Shown: one piece after another, positions 9,925 through 20,994 of the stretch
Numbering within the stretch: position 1 is the stretch's first letter
How the letters are laid out: every line of letters starts with the position of its first letter
Assembly (NCBI GenBank): GCA_020629255.1
Contig: JAHDDR010000001.1
Span: 8,924 to 72,923 of the forward strand
Direction: 5' to 3'
DNA: 64,000 nucleotides
Source: Saprospiraceae bacterium
GTDB taxonomy: Bacteria; Bacteroidota; Bacteroidia; Chitinophagales; Saprospiraceae
Position numbers and translations under genes: made by a program
The notes under the pieces: model-generated
Seen by the model: the letters and a program-made list of their open reading frames with translations, nothing else
What the model was told of the DNA's origin: nothing
Databases searched by the model: none

Positions 9925-10995
9925 TTAAAAATATTCGGGCCAATCCTTTTTATATGTTCCTACCAAGCCCTTCACTTCTTGTTCTAATTTTTTAGGATAA
10001 ACCAAAAGAACATCACCCTCGTCTACTAAAATATAATCTTTTAACCCTTTAATAATGGTTAATTTATTTTCTTTGGTACGGATAAAACAATTCTCGGTAT
10101 TTTCCATTACTACCCGACCTTGCACCACATTTTCATTTTCGTCTTTTTTGCGATACGAAAATAAAGAATTCCATGTCCCCAAATCCGACCAGCCAATATC
10201 TGAAGGGATGGTATAAATATTATCCGCTTTTTCCATGATGGCATAATCGACAGAAATTTTAGGTGTTGTCGGGTAAGCCTCATCTATGAATCCCTGTTCT
10301 TTGTCCGTATTATAAACGTTTATTCCTTTTTCTAGAATATCCAGAATTTCGGGTGCGTTATTTCTAAACGATTCTATGATTGTTTTGGAATGCCAAATAA
10401 AAATACCTCCATTCCATAAATAATCTCCACTGGCTAGAAATTCTTCTGCTTTCTCTATATTGGGTTTTTCGGTGAACCGTTTTACCTTGTGGATTTCTCC
10501 TTCTACATTTTCACCAAAATTAATATAGCCGTAGCCAGTATCCGGTCGGGTGGGTGTAATCCCTAAAGTTACTAAGGCTTTATTCGTTTTGGTAAATGCC
10601 AAAGCCTTTTGTAAGTTTTGAATAAATAGATCTTCTTTCAAAATAACATGATCCGACGGGGCTACAACAAAATTTGCGTTTTCATCTTTAGCATTTAGCC
10701 GTAATGCCGTATAAGCAACGCACGGCGCCGTGTTGTTCATAGAAGGTTCGCAAAGAATTTGGCTATCTTCTAATTCCGGAAGATGTTCCTTTACTAATTT
10801 TTTATATTTTTTATTGGTGACAATCAGAATATTTTCGGAAGGGCATAATTTGAGAAACCGTTCATAGGTTAAACGAATAAGCGATTTCCCCACGCCTAAA
10901 ATATCCAAAAATTGTTTGGGGTGGGCATTTCTGCTCGCGGGCCAAAATCGACTCCCAACCCCTCCTGCCATAATAGCTACATACGTACTAGACAT
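9925..10995 (-). CDS. manC: Mannose-1-phosphate guanylyltransferase (no cupin/PMI domain)
   Basis: 356 aa. Shows VAIMAGGVGSRFWPASR..PKQFL and GYGYI. Sits adjacent to fcl and gmd. Confidence 0.85.
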   Translation of the reverse strand: MSSTYVAIMAGGVGSRFWPASRNAHPKQFLDILGVGKSLIRLTYERFLKLCPSENILIVTNKKYKKLVKEHLPELEDSQILCEPSMNNTAPCVAYTALRLNAKDENANFVVAPSDHVILKEDLFIQNLQKALAFTKTNKALVTLGITPTRPDTGYGYINFGENVEGEIHKVKRFTEKPNIEKAEEFLASGDYLWNGGIFIWHSKTIIESFRNNAPEILDILEKGINVYNTDKEQGFIDEAYPTTPKISVDYAIMEKADNIYTIPSDIGWSDLGTWNSLFSYRKKDENENVVQGRVVMENTENCFIRTKENKLTIIKGLKDYILVDEGDVLLVYPKKLEQEVKGLVGTYKKDWPEYF

Positions 10996-11011
10996 CTCGT
11001 GATTTTTAATT

Positions 11012-11950
11012 CTATTGGTTGATTAAAAATTGATCTTTCACCTCCTCATAAACTTTCCGGATTCCTCCCTCTAATGAAATTTTGGCTTCCCATCCTTGGG
11101 CTTTTAATTTATTTACATCCATTAATTTTCTGGGTGTCCCGTCGGGTTTGCTTAAATCGTGTTGAATTTCTCCTTTAAATCCCGTTATTTTTTGGATGAG
11201 TTTCGCCAAATCTAAAATGGCAATGTCTTCACCTGTTCCTATATTGACCAAACCTGCTTCGTTATAATTTTTCATCAAATAAAAACACGCGTCCACCAAA
11301 TCATCGACATGAAGAAATTCTCTTTTGGGTTTGCCTGTTCCCCAAAGGGTTACCGTTGGTTCATTATTGATTTTTGCTTCGTGGAATTTACGAATCAACG
11401 CCGGTAGAACGTGCGAATTTTTTAAATCGTAATTATCGTTAGGTCCATAAAGATTCGTGGGCATTACCGAAATAAAATTACAATTATATTGTGCCCGGTA
11501 AGCATCGCACATTTTTATTCCTGCAATTTTTGCGATGGCATAGGGCTCGTTGGTCGGTTCTAACAATCCGGTAAGGAGATATTCTTCTTTTAGGGGTTGC
11601 TTCGCCATTTTAGGATAAATACATGAAGAACCGAGGAACAATAGTTTCTTTATATTATTTTTATAGGATTGGTGAATGATATTATTTTGAATCATCAAAT
11701 TATCATAAATAAATTCTGCCCTATAAATATTGTTTGCCAGAATTCCTCCAACTTTGGCGGCTGTCAAAAAAACATAATCCGGTTTTTCGTTTTGAAAAAA
11801 ATCGGCGACTGCCTGTTGGTTTCTCAAATCCAATTCCTTAGATGTTCGAAAAATAATATTTCCGTACCCTTCTTTTTTTAATTTTCTGACAATGGCAGAG
11901 CCCACCATTCCCCGATGGCCTGCCACATAGATCTTTGCTTCTTTATCCAT
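11012..11950 (-). CDS. fcl: GDP-L-fucose synthase
   Basis: 312 aa. Shows [25 protein letters not shown] and YAIAKIAG (YxxxK). 1-nt overlap (TAATG) with gmd. Confidence 0.9.
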   Translation of the reverse strand: MDKEAKIYVAGHRGMVGSAIVRKLKKEGYGNIIFRTSKELDLRNQQAVADFFQNEKPDYVFLTAAKVGGILANNIYRAEFIYDNLMIQNNIIHQSYKNNIKKLLFLGSSCIYPKMAKQPLKEEYLLTGLLEPTNEPYAIAKIAGIKMCDAYRAQYNCNFISVMPTNLYGPNDNYDLKNSHVLPALIRKFHEAKINNEPTVTLWGTGKPKREFLHVDDLVDACFYLMKNYNEAGLVNIGTGEDIAILDLAKLIQKITGFKGEIQHDLSKPDGTPRKLMDVNKLKAQGWEAKISLEGGIRKVYEEVKDQFLINQ

Positions 11951-13062
11951 TACTCAAATTCATTTTTAATATCAAAGCCCCCTTTCAACAAATATTGTTC
12001 TTTCTTGAATGTCTCGACATCCGAATCGACCATTTCATGAATCAAATCTGTTAGGCTATATTGTGGCTCCCATTGTAATTTTTCTTTTGCTTTTGTTGGG
12101 TCTCCGATAAGTAGTTCTACTTCTGTGGGTCTGTAATACCTCGGATCCACTCCTACTATTTCTTTGCCTATTTCTAATTGATATTCGGGATTTGAACAAG
12201 AAGCCACGACAGCTATTTCCTTTTCTCCCTTTCCTCTAAATTCTAAACTAATACCCAATTGTTCGAAAGACATTCTAACGAAATCCCTTACTTGTGTTGT
12301 AATACCCGTTGCGATGACAAAATCTTCGGCTTGTTCTTGTTGGAGCATGAGCCATTGGGCTATGACATAATCTTTTGCATGTCCCCAATCCCTTTTAGCA
12401 TCCATATTACCTAGGTAAAGTTTTTCCTGCAAACCCAAAGCAATTTTTGCTGCTGCCCTCGTTATTTTACGAGTAACGAATGTTTCGCCACGCAAGGGAG
12501 ATTCATGGTTGAACAAAATTCCATTACAGGCATACATATTATATGCTTCTCTATAATTTACCGTTATCCAATAGGCATATAATTTTGCAACGGCGTAAGG
12601 AGACCGAGGGTAAAAAGGTGTCGTTTCGCTTTGAGGTACTTCTTGTACCAAACCATATAATTCGGATGTTGAGGCTTGGTAGAATTTTGTTTTTTGTGTC
12701 AACCCTAAAATCCGGATGGCTTCCAAAATCCTTAATGTTCCCAGTCCATCTACATCAGCTGCGTACTCTGGTGTATCGAAACTTACTTTTACGTGAGACA
12801 TTGCTCCGAGGTTATAAATTTCGTCTGGTTGGACTTCTTGTATGATTCTTATCAGGTTCGTTGAATCGCTTAAATCGCCATAATGGAGAACTAAATTTCT
12901 GGATTCGACATGGGGATCTTGATAAAATTTATCAATTCTTGCCGTATTGAACAACGAACTTCTTCTTTTTACACCATGGACTTCATATCCTTTCTCTAAA
13001 AGAAATTCGGTTAAATAGGCTCCATCTTGTCCTGTTATCCCTGTTATTAATGCTTTCTTCAT
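11950..13062 (-). CDS. gmd: GDP-mannose 4,6-dehydratase
   Basis: 370 aa. Shows [48 protein letters not shown] and NHESPLRG. Confidence 0.95.
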   Translation of the reverse strand: MKKALITGITGQDGAYLTEFLLEKGYEVHGVKRRSSLFNTARIDKFYQDPHVESRNLVLHYGDLSDSTNLIRIIQEVQPDEIYNLGAMSHVKVSFDTPEYAADVDGLGTLRILEAIRILGLTQKTKFYQASTSELYGLVQEVPQSETTPFYPRSPYAVAKLYAYWITVNYREAYNMYACNGILFNHESPLRGETFVTRKITRAAAKIALGLQEKLYLGNMDAKRDWGHAKDYVIAQWLMLQQEQAEDFVIATGITTQVRDFVRMSFEQLGISLEFRGKGEKEIAVVASCSNPEYQLEIGKEIVGVDPRYYRPTEVELLIGDPTKAKEKLQWEPQYSLTDLIHEMVDSDVETFKKEQYLLKGGFDIKNEFE

Positions 13063-13067
13063 GTAAC

Positions 13068-14708
13068 TTAAAAGTCGTAATATTTGTTATTGAGTGCTGT
13101 TATTATTCCAAAGTGGATATAGGTTGTGTTCAAGGACTTTAAATCTACTGTTTCGATTTCCGGTGTGAAGTTTCTTAGTCTTGCCCCAAGTTCTATTTTT
13201 AGGTTATAGCTTGGGTTGATGACATATCCTATTTTCACATCTGTGTAGAACGTTGTCGAACGTATTCCTTGAGTGGTTTCGTTTCCGTAGTCTCCGGGTG
13301 TTCTGAAATCAGAATGATTGGATATAAATATATTAGCACCATAATTAGAATCTAGTGTATCTCTTCCTTGAATCAGATACATGACTTCTACTTGGGCACT
13401 CCACCTCCCTTTTTGGTAGGATGCAATATTTACCGATTCTATAAAGTTGGCTCCAAGGTTATGTGCCAAGGGTTGCCTATAATGGCCGTAATTTCTTCCC
13501 GTTTCACCATGTGTATATGTATAGGGGCGAGCATAATTGAATTCCGTTTGGATTTTAAGTCCTTTTATAAACGTATCATATGATTTGAATCCTAATTGAA
13601 AAGCAAATTTATTCGCCCACCAGCCATCACCTTTGAGTATTTCTCCAAAATTGAACTCATCCAACATGATTTGTCCATAGAACATCATTTTTTGCTTGAG
13701 TTTGTATGATGCGGAAATTCCCATGAGAACATTTCCTTTCCTTGAACCTACTGCAAATTCGATGGGTCTGTACAATATGACTGGATTGAGGTAATTGATA
13801 TCGAAGGCTTGTGTGCTGTCTTGATACACTACAGCTTCAAAGAGTCCGATATTAAAATTATCCGTTACGTTGTATGACAGGTAATGTGCGGAATAGAATT
13901 TCTTTTTGCTATCTTCTGAAGTTAATCCTTGCAGATCGGTCATCTGGGCAAAAAGATTCACATAATTGATCTTCCAAAAAGAGGTCTTAATCCTAAAATA
14001 TGGGTAATTGAATGCATTATCGGACAAGAAAAACGAACGGTGTCCTTCCCCTATAAAGTGCTTTCCATGTCCGAATTGGAAATTGAAATTTTTATTGGCT
14101 TGAAAAGCGACGAAACCTGTTGAGCTTGAAAAATCCAAGGCGGAATTATCTCCCAGAATAGAATTAAAATCCCTTGGAAAACCTTGACCCGGCACCACAC
14201 CATTTCTATTGATCCATTCTTCGACATAAAAGGGAAACCGTGCTTGATTTTCATAGACATCGGTGTAATAGGTCATTGCTTTTCCTATATGTCCTTTTAT
14301 TTGGAATCCTCTTGTATTTACAAATGGGAGTACATCCATATCCGAGGAAGTCCCCATTCTTATATCCATCAATGGATTGATTATTAATGAATATTTGTTT
14401 TCTTTTTTATCATAGGTTTTAACCAAGTCTTTATTAAACATGGCATTGAAAAGCCATCTGGGGAATTTCTTTTCGATTTCCTTTTCGAAATAAACGGATT
14501 GTATTAATGAATCTTGAAGCTCCCCGACTTCAAAATGATTGTAGGGTTTTATAGCGGTATGAAGGTTGTTTTCTTGATCTTCATACATCAAGGGGGTTAA
14601 TTTCTGTATGATGTCGGAATGCATGGGAATGCCACTATTCTTCTGGGCAAATAGTTCGAAATGCCCTAATATCAAAAGGCTTAAAAAGAGTATATTTAAA
14701 CTCTTCAT
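13068..14708 (-). CDS. Outer-membrane beta-barrel protein, Wzi/RemB-like (tentative)
   Basis: Start moved to M12 so the protein begins with the signal peptide [22 protein letters not shown]. The body is rich in alternating aromatic/polar beta-strand patterns. It ends with an aromatic residue (..NNKYYDF), as OM barrels do. Family assignment is by context and pattern only. Confidence 0.45.
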   Translation of the reverse strand: MKSLNILFLSLLILGHFELFAQKNSGIPMHSDIIQKLTPLMYEDQENNLHTAIKPYNHFEVGELQDSLIQSVYFEKEIEKKFPRWLFNAMFNKDLVKTYDKKENKYSLIINPLMDIRMGTSSDMDVLPFVNTRGFQIKGHIGKAMTYYTDVYENQARFPFYVEEWINRNGVVPGQGFPRDFNSILGDNSALDFSSSTGFVAFQANKNFNFQFGHGKHFIGEGHRSFFLSDNAFNYPYFRIKTSFWKINYVNLFAQMTDLQGLTSEDSKKKFYSAHYLSYNVTDNFNIGLFEAVVYQDSTQAFDINYLNPVILYRPIEFAVGSRKGNVLMGISASYKLKQKMMFYGQIMLDEFNFGEILKGDGWWANKFAFQLGFKSYDTFIKGLKIQTEFNYARPYTYTHGETGRNYGHYRQPLAHNLGANFIESVNIASYQKGRWSAQVEVMYLIQGRDTLDSNYGANIFISNHSDFRTPGDYGNETTQGIRSTTFYTDVKIGYVINPSYNLKIELGARLRNFTPEIETVDLKSLNTTYIHFGIITALNNKYYDF

Positions 14709-14818
14709 TTTTATCCAGCTGTCATTATGAATGAATCCCATGTTTTGTGTTTTATGTCCTAATTTGTAGAAAGCCTTATTTTAGGAAAAATTGAACATTC
14801 CGTGATTTTATAAGCTTA

Positions 14819-16027
14819 TTAAACGTTTTGCTTAATGATGCCTAACATTTTATTTGCCAAGAAGGCTCTATCATAGTCTTTTGCCAATGCTTGGCAACCC
14901 TTTGTTAATTTATGGTATAGTTCCTTGTCCTTATACAATTGTTCCAATTTATCCAAAAAATCTTTTTCGTTTTCTGGTTCGAAACAAAGGCCTGCCTGAT
15001 ATTTTTCAACAATTTCTTTAGACTCTCCTTCCACCCCTAGCAGGATGGGTTTTTTCATAGATGCATTTTCAAAGATTTTAGAAGGTATCACCGTTTTAAA
15101 GGTATTGGATTTTTTAAGTGGCACGAGGGCAACATCTGTAACGCTAATATATTTCCTTACTTCTTCCTTGGCAACAAAGGGAAGCATGGTTATATTTTCC
15201 AGTCCCAATTTTTCTTTTATTTCCAAAAGATTTTTCTTTTCTGCACCATCTCCAATGAACAAAAAGTGAACCGTGCCATTTACTTTGGATGCTGCTTCTA
15301 GAATAAAGTCCAGCTTATGGGCCAGTCCGTGTGTTCCTAGATAGCCAATCACAAAATTTTCTTCGAGATTGAGTTTTTTCAGTAAGTCTTTATTTTTTTC
15401 CGTTGGTTTGAATTTACTAAGGTGGACCCCATTTTTAACCACACTTACTTTCTCCGGATCCACACCTCGACCCACTAAATTTTTTTTGAACGAATCGGTT
15501 ACTACAATAATCGCTTTGGCTTTCTTGTATAGATATAATTCTAGTTTTTCTAAAAACTCCAAGCTTTTGCTGTTTTCTTTCATGGCATTAACGGCCTTGA
15601 TGCTTTCGGGCCATAAGTCCCGTACTTCCATGATCCAAGGTTTTCGCTTGAACATTCCTACAAACCGACCACTTACAGCAGCAAAAAACTGAGGGGACGT
15701 TGCTATAATGATGTCTGTTTTAATAAATAACGCTACAAAAAAAGACATCACCGCAAAACTGATATAATCCAGCACCCTTTTTATGAATCCCTTGTTCGGG
15801 CTGATATAGCTCCAAACCCGAATCACCTTTATACCATCTATGTTTTCAGTTTGGTAAAGTTTGTTTTTGTAACCTTTATAAACAGCTCCTTGAGGAAAAT
15901 TAGGGGCACAGGTAATAACGGTTACCTCTACGCCTTGATTCTTCCATTCCATACAATGCTCATATGTCCTAGTAGCAGGAGCATTGACTTCTGGAGGAAA
16001 ATTATCTGTCAGAAATAGGAGTTTCAT
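14819..16027 (-). CDS. GT-B (family 4) glycosyltransferase, WbuB/WcaI-like
   Basis: 402 aa. The N-terminus MKLLFLTDNFPPEVNAPATRTYE...GVEVTVIT is characteristic of the WbuB/WcaI subgroup. The C-terminus has PSKIFENASMKKPILLG. Confidence 0.8.
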   Translation of the reverse strand: MKLLFLTDNFPPEVNAPATRTYEHCMEWKNQGVEVTVITCAPNFPQGAVYKGYKNKLYQTENIDGIKVIRVWSYISPNKGFIKRVLDYISFAVMSFFVALFIKTDIIIATSPQFFAAVSGRFVGMFKRKPWIMEVRDLWPESIKAVNAMKENSKSLEFLEKLELYLYKKAKAIIVVTDSFKKNLVGRGVDPEKVSVVKNGVHLSKFKPTEKNKDLLKKLNLEENFVIGYLGTHGLAHKLDFILEAASKVNGTVHFLFIGDGAEKKNLLEIKEKLGLENITMLPFVAKEEVRKYISVTDVALVPLKKSNTFKTVIPSKIFENASMKKPILLGVEGESKEIVEKYQAGLCFEPENEKDFLDKLEQLYKDKELYHKLTKGCQALAKDYDRAFLANKMLGIIKQNV

Positions 16028-16285
16028 TTTGCCTTATTGTTTCATTTTTGGCTCAAGTGCTATTACTTTGATAGAAACATTTTGTTTCCTTCAAACATAA
16101 TCTTAAATAAATAAAATTGGATTGTCTTAATAATTGGTATGGATAGGTTTTGTGAAATTAATTCAAACTTTTGAGAAAGACCTCATTTTTTAATGCAAAT
16201 ACAACAGAGTTAAGGACATTATTTCGGTTGCTACCTGAATAAACACATCTATTTTAGAATTAGAGCACTAATTTCCCTGTACCTT

Positions 16286-17383
16286 TTAGGAAAATTCCCC
16301 TTGTAATACATCTACTATTCTATCTGCCGTACGACCATCCCACAAAGGAGGTATGGTTCCCTTCACTTCTGTTCCATTCATAATTTTCGCTACCTTGCCC
16401 AAGACTGTTGTTGGATTAAGGTCTTTCATTAATTGGTTGGTTCCGAGTTCTGTTGTGATAGGTCTTTCTGTCGAATCTCTGAAGGTAAGGCAAGGTACTT
16501 GCAAATAAGTCGTTTCTTCTTGGATGCCTCCCGAATCGGTAATAATAAGGGCTGCGTTATCCATTAAATTCAAAAACTCCAAGTAGCCTTGGGGACCCGT
16601 TACAATCAAGTTGTTGATTTTGTATAATTCATCCGATAAGCCAAATTTTTCCAAATTGTTTTTGGTTCTGGGGTGTAGAGCCATCACCACTTTTTTATAC
16701 TTCGTTGTTCCTCTTATGATTTCGAGTATGGATTTCAATCCGTCTTCATTATCCACATTGGCTGGGCGATGCATGGTCATCAAAACATAATCTTTTTCAC
16801 CAACGCCTAATTCTTTCCGGATAGTCGTGTTTTTGGATTTTTCTCGATAGTGGATCAGGGAATCAATCATGACGTTTCCGACAAAGAAAACTTTTTCGTC
16901 GGGTACACCCTCTTTCGCTAAGTTAATTAGACCGCTGTGTTCTGTAACAAATAGAAAATTCGAAATACCATCGGTAATAATTCTATTGATTTCCTCGGGC
17001 ATGCGTCGATCCCTACTTCTCAAGCCGGCCTCGACATGAGCTACGGGGCAACCCATTTTCACTGCAACGATGCTACATGCTGCTGTTGCATTTACATCAC
17101 CGACCACTAAAACCAGATCCGGTTTTTCTTCTTGTAGCACCTTCTCAAAAGCTAACATTACATTTGCCTTTTGATATGTGTGAGAACCACCGCCTATTCC
17201 CAGATAGAAATCGGGTTTTGGCAATTCTAATTGATTAAAAAAAACATCACTCATTTTTTCATCATAATGTTGCCCTGTATGTACTATGAGTGATTCTACT
17301 CCCTCCCTTTTTGAAAAAGCCCTTTGCAGGGGTGCAATTTTCATAAAATTAGGTCTTGCCCCTACTACTGAAATTATCTTCAT
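16286..17383 (-). CDS. wecB: UDP-N-acetylglucosamine 2-epimerase (non-hydrolysing)
   Basis: 365 aa. Shows MKIISVVGARPNFMKIAPL, HVEAGLRS and TDSGGIQEETTYLQVPCLTFRDSTERP. Confidence 0.9.
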   Translation of the reverse strand: MKIISVVGARPNFMKIAPLQRAFSKREGVESLIVHTGQHYDEKMSDVFFNQLELPKPDFYLGIGGGSHTYQKANVMLAFEKVLQEEKPDLVLVVGDVNATAACSIVAVKMGCPVAHVEAGLRSRDRRMPEEINRIITDGISNFLFVTEHSGLINLAKEGVPDEKVFFVGNVMIDSLIHYREKSKNTTIRKELGVGEKDYVLMTMHRPANVDNEDGLKSILEIIRGTTKYKKVVMALHPRTKNNLEKFGLSDELYKINNLIVTGPQGYLEFLNLMDNAALIITDSGGIQEETTYLQVPCLTFRDSTERPITTELGTNQLMKDLNPTTVLGKVAKIMNGTEVKGTIPPLWDGRTADRIVDVLQGEFS

Positions 17384-19053
17384 AAATTGATTTTTGTCTC
17401 TAGCGTGTTGTCAAATTCTACTATTATTTTCTTAGCCGAAATTAAGGTATTGAATTCCGGTGCAAAAAAATATGATTCCTTTTCTATTTTATTAGCTCCT
17501 TCAAATTCAAGAACACCTGTTGATGTTTCTACCCTGAAGTTCTTGATATTAATTTTTTGTTCTGGATGAAAATGAAAATGGGCTTCTGCTTTATGTTTTT
17601 TTTTCTTTTTCACCACATCTTTTATCATTAACTTGCCTTTATCTACTAGTACTTGCCGTACATGATTTGCTTTTATTTTTTCATACCCATTATGTGTTGC
17701 TTTTATTCCATTGTGATTTTCTTCAATAATCTGAGCCCTTGCTCTTTTGGCAACACGAAAGCTAGCCCAGCATTCCGATTGTTCAATTCCTCCTATCATT
17801 ACGGTATTATGGGAAGCGGTAGAACGTTCTAGGTTTCTTCTTTCCCCTGCATTATAAATGGACGTACCCATATCTATTAGCATTGGTTTACCTGACGCAT
17901 ACAAAACAAACCCAAGAGTATCGCTATGTGCATGACCCGGAATATAATCTGGACCAATATTTCCTACGTCTACAACAAGTTCATATTTCCCATCTTCGAA
18001 CCTACGGTAACCACTTTCGCTTAAATTCACTTTATTGGATGATACCCCAATGCTTTCAGCATATTCTTTTAGTTGCCGTGTTGTTGGATTCACATTGAAA
18101 GCACTATCATTGAATAATGCAATATCCCCATTCTTAAATGTCATCTGTTCTAACCAACCCAACATTAATTCGGATTTTTTTCGTAAAAACAATCCGAGCT
18201 CTTTATTAAAGTTTGAATTATTTTTAACAAGATTTAGACAATCCAACACTCTGTATAACATGAGTTGATGATACATCGGACTCAATTCGAAATGAGCCCC
18301 ATCGGTTAATATTTGTTCATTAATTTGTTCAATCAATAATTTTTTAGCTTTCTCATATAATAGGGTATCATTATAAAAATATGACCCGAAAAAAAGAGCG
18401 AAAGCATTTTCCAACAAATGGTTGCCTCTTAAATCATATTCTAAATTATTGGTCAAATAATATAATTGTGTTTTTAGGCTTTGAAGAAACTTATTTCCAA
18501 AATCCTCATCAAAAGAATCTCCGATTAGCATATAGGTTTTTATCCAGGCAATACTCCGTAATGAAATGGCGTAAGAATTCCAATTATCTTTATAATAAAA
18601 TGGTGTTCCAAATGGATTTTGTTCCCACCACTCCGTTATATGACTCTGGATATAATCCAAATATTTAGCTTCTTTATTGTTTGAATATTCCTTGGCAATT
18701 TCTATAATATATTCGTGGTAATTCAAGTTTAATTTCCACAATCTCGTTCCTTTATTCAGTTCGGGCGAATGCCAATCTATTTTTTTACCGAAATTCTTTT
18801 TTTGGGAAATAAATTCGAATGTGTTTTTTAATACTTCTTCGGGGCGACCCGAATAATTTTTAATCCTGCTTTTTTGAAATGAAAGTTTTGATATTTGAAT
18901 TTTGTCATTAGCAATTAGATTGTTGTTGTTTTGTGGGATTTTTCCTATAAATTTTCTTTTCACCGTATAAAAAATCCGGTAGAATATTTGACCCGCTTTC
19001 AAATATTTTATTGTATGAAACAATAGATAGAACTTATTTGAAGTTGAGCTCAT
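17380..19053 (-). CDS. Heparinase II/III-like protein (alpha/alpha toroid plus beta-sandwich), cytoplasmic
   Basis: 557 aa with no signal peptide. The helical N-terminal half is followed by GHAHSDTLGF and ASHNTVMIGG, motifs I associate with the Hepar_II_III C-terminal domain. 4-nt overlap with wecB and 20-nt overlap with the upstream formyltransferase. Confidence 0.65.
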   Translation of the reverse strand: MSSTSNKFYLLFHTIKYLKAGQIFYRIFYTVKRKFIGKIPQNNNNLIANDKIQISKLSFQKSRIKNYSGRPEEVLKNTFEFISQKKNFGKKIDWHSPELNKGTRLWKLNLNYHEYIIEIAKEYSNNKEAKYLDYIQSHITEWWEQNPFGTPFYYKDNWNSYAISLRSIAWIKTYMLIGDSFDEDFGNKFLQSLKTQLYYLTNNLEYDLRGNHLLENAFALFFGSYFYNDTLLYEKAKKLLIEQINEQILTDGAHFELSPMYHQLMLYRVLDCLNLVKNNSNFNKELGLFLRKKSELMLGWLEQMTFKNGDIALFNDSAFNVNPTTRQLKEYAESIGVSSNKVNLSESGYRRFEDGKYELVVDVGNIGPDYIPGHAHSDTLGFVLYASGKPMLIDMGTSIYNAGERRNLERSTASHNTVMIGGIEQSECWASFRVAKRARAQIIEENHNGIKATHNGYEKIKANHVRQVLVDKGKLMIKDVVKKKKKHKAEAHFHFHPEQKINIKNFRVETSTGVLEFEGANKIEKESYFFAPEFNTLISAKKIIVEFDNTLETKINL

Positions 19054-19867
19054 TTATTTTATCTTTTTGTGTTATCCATTTATCCTCAGAATTGTTTTTC
19101 AATTTTTTCGCAACTATTTCTTTTAATCGATCGTGCATTACAAAAAATTGTTTGCCTTGTTTTGGCGTTTGTTCCAAGCTGCTTTTTTTATATTCTTCAA
19201 AATTACCAAGAACTTTGTTCAACAGTTCTATATTATGCACTGTTGCCGTACCACGTAAGGTATATAAATCATTGTGGTACGGAATCGGTTCTCTAAAGAG
19301 GATACTCCCCGTATCTATTCCTACATCAATAAAATGAATTGTTGTATGGGGTCTGAAACCATAAAGCAAACTCCATTCTATGGCATTCATTCCTCGAAAG
19401 AATGGAAGCCATCCCGAATGGGCATTTAGCACTCCTTGTTTAGAGGATTGAATAATTTTTTTTCTCAAAATTCCACCACCAGCATAAATAATAAGATCCG
19501 CAGCTTGTTCTTTCACCATCTGGCATGCTTCATCTTCATTCAATGAATTGGTGTGTACTATTTTTATTTTTTCTTTTTTACAAAATTGGGTTACAGATGT
19601 TTTCTCCAGTTCTATTTTTTCTAAATAATCTTTTATCGGCTTCACTTCATTCGCTAAATATGTATCGGAATTTCCTAAAACATGAGAACTGAATTTAGCT
19701 TTCACTGTTTTCCATCCATATTGCCTAATATAGCTTTTTAGCCTTTTTATCTGAAACGTTTTTACCAAAATGCAACCAACTATTTCATGTCCATTTTTTT
19801 TCAATGTGTGCATCAAGGCTATAGAATGCAAACTTTTATTATGTCCTGCCGTTACGACAATTTTCAT
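19034..19867 (-). CDS. Formyltransferase-family protein
   Basis: 277 aa. Shows NAHSGWLPFFRGMNAIEWSL (the H-x-S-L-L-P-x-x-R-G type motif) followed by HFIDVGIDTGSIL, as in the Formyl_trans_N catalytic core. Confidence 0.65.
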   Translation of the reverse strand: MKIVVTAGHNKSLHSIALMHTLKKNGHEIVGCILVKTFQIKRLKSYIRQYGWKTVKAKFSSHVLGNSDTYLANEVKPIKDYLEKIELEKTSVTQFCKKEKIKIVHTNSLNEDEACQMVKEQAADLIIYAGGGILRKKIIQSSKQGVLNAHSGWLPFFRGMNAIEWSLLYGFRPHTTIHFIDVGIDTGSILFREPIPYHNDLYTLRGTATVHNIELLNKVLGNFEEYKKSSLEQTPKQGKQFFVMHDRLKEIVAKKLKNNSEDKWITQKDKINELNFK

Positions 19868-20994
19868 ACGACCACTTTATTTACTATTTCTTGGTATGCT
19901 TTTTCTTCCAACAACAATGCGTCTATAAAAAATTTAGTTGCCCAGTTGGGTTGTCTGAACATTATGTACCTGCCATGATATGGATGCGATCCTTTTATTC
20001 CTCCTGCCTTTAATAACAAACCATTTTTTTGTGGTTGGGTTTTACAGATTTCATCCAAGAGTTTCGACGAAGCATTCACGAATCTTATGTCCTTCGTTTT
20101 TTCAAAAATTTTCATCCATATTATTACCATTTGGGCTTCTCCGGTAAGACAACGATACCAATCAACTTCTTTAAAATCTTCAAAATATGCTCCGGCTAAT
20201 TTTTTCTTGATTTCGTATTTCCTCAATAATTTATATGCCCAATCATAGGCCGTTATCCAATAATCTTCCCTATTGTTTATTAAAGCCCCCTCTAAAAAGC
20301 CTCGTATGGTGTAAGCTATGGTATGTAAAAAAGCGTAGCTTCCGGATTTAAACCCGGCATCTTTCACAAATTTGTTCTTATTCTTTTTGCTTTGTATGGC
20401 ATCAAAGGTTTTTAATGCCGCATTTTCTATATCTATATCATCAATTATTTTTGCTGCTTCCAACATGGGCCAAGCCACTCGGGTATAATAACTTGGAAAA
20501 AAATCTTTTTGATAATGGTATTTTGTCCAATAGCCATTTTCTTCCTGAACATCTTTTAGCCACGAAGCAGCTTTGGCAGATGCCTCCATATATTTTTTTT
20601 CATTAAAAAATATATATGCTGCATTGAGACCGATTATCATCTGGGCGGTATTAAAAATACTTTTTTCCATTTTCCCATTCGAATCATATAAGCCTCCGGG
20701 CAACCCCCCATCTTCTGCTTGCAATTCTATGATCCAATCGGCCATTTCTTTCGCATGTTTTTTTAGATGGTTATACTTTTCATATTTTGCTAAATCTAAA
20801 AGGGTGGCAATTATATACCCTGTGGTTTCGGGATATGGGGCCGACCATTTTTTAAATGGAAAATAAATTCGAGAATGGAACGCTGCGCTCCCTTTCGTTT
20901 TTTGATCAATACTTGAAACTAAAAAATCAATGGCGAGATCCAGATTTTTTTCTCTTTTCATATTGTGTATTCGATTCTGTATTTTATTCTTCAA
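19864..20994 (-). CDS. Uncharacterised (alpha/alpha)6-toroid-like protein
   Basis: 376 aa with no signal peptide. Helix-rich repeats with ETTGYIIATLLDL, EDGGLPGG, NTAQMIIGL and ENGYW, reminiscent of prenyltransferase/terpene-cyclase/AGE-type toroids. No family assigned. Confidence 0.4.
   Translation of the reverse strand: MKNKIQNRIHNMKREKNLDLAIDFLVSSIDQKTKGSAAFHSRIYFPFKKWSAPYPETTGYIIATLLDLAKYEKYNHLKKHAKEMADWIIELQAEDGGLPGGLYDSNGKMEKSIFNTAQMIIGLNAAYIFFNEKKYMEASAKAASWLKDVQEENGYWTKYHYQKDFFPSYYTRVAWPMLEAAKIIDDIDIENAALKTFDAIQSKKNKNKFVKDAGFKSGSYAFLHTIAYTIRGFLEGALINNREDYWITAYDWAYKLLRKYEIKKKLAGAYFEDFKEVDWYRCLTGEAQMVIIWMKIFEKTKDIRFVNASSKLLDEICKTQPQKNGLLLKAGGIKGSHPYHGRYIMFRQPNWATKFFIDALLLEEKAYQEIVNKVVV

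Noticed and set aside
16092-16099. Bacteroidota-type -7 promoter box (TATGTTTG on the minus strand) about 65 nt upstream of the WbuB-like gene start
   Set aside because: It matches TAnnTTTG, but I could not find a -33 TTG at the expected spacing, and 8-mers like this are frequent in AT-rich DNA. It is not reported as a feature.
16056-16269. AGTGCT / AGCACT inverted repeat flanking the 258-nt gap (idea: an invertible, phase-variable promoter as in Bacteroides capsule loci)
   Set aside because: Only 6-7 bp match, which is expected by chance. No recombinase gene is nearby.
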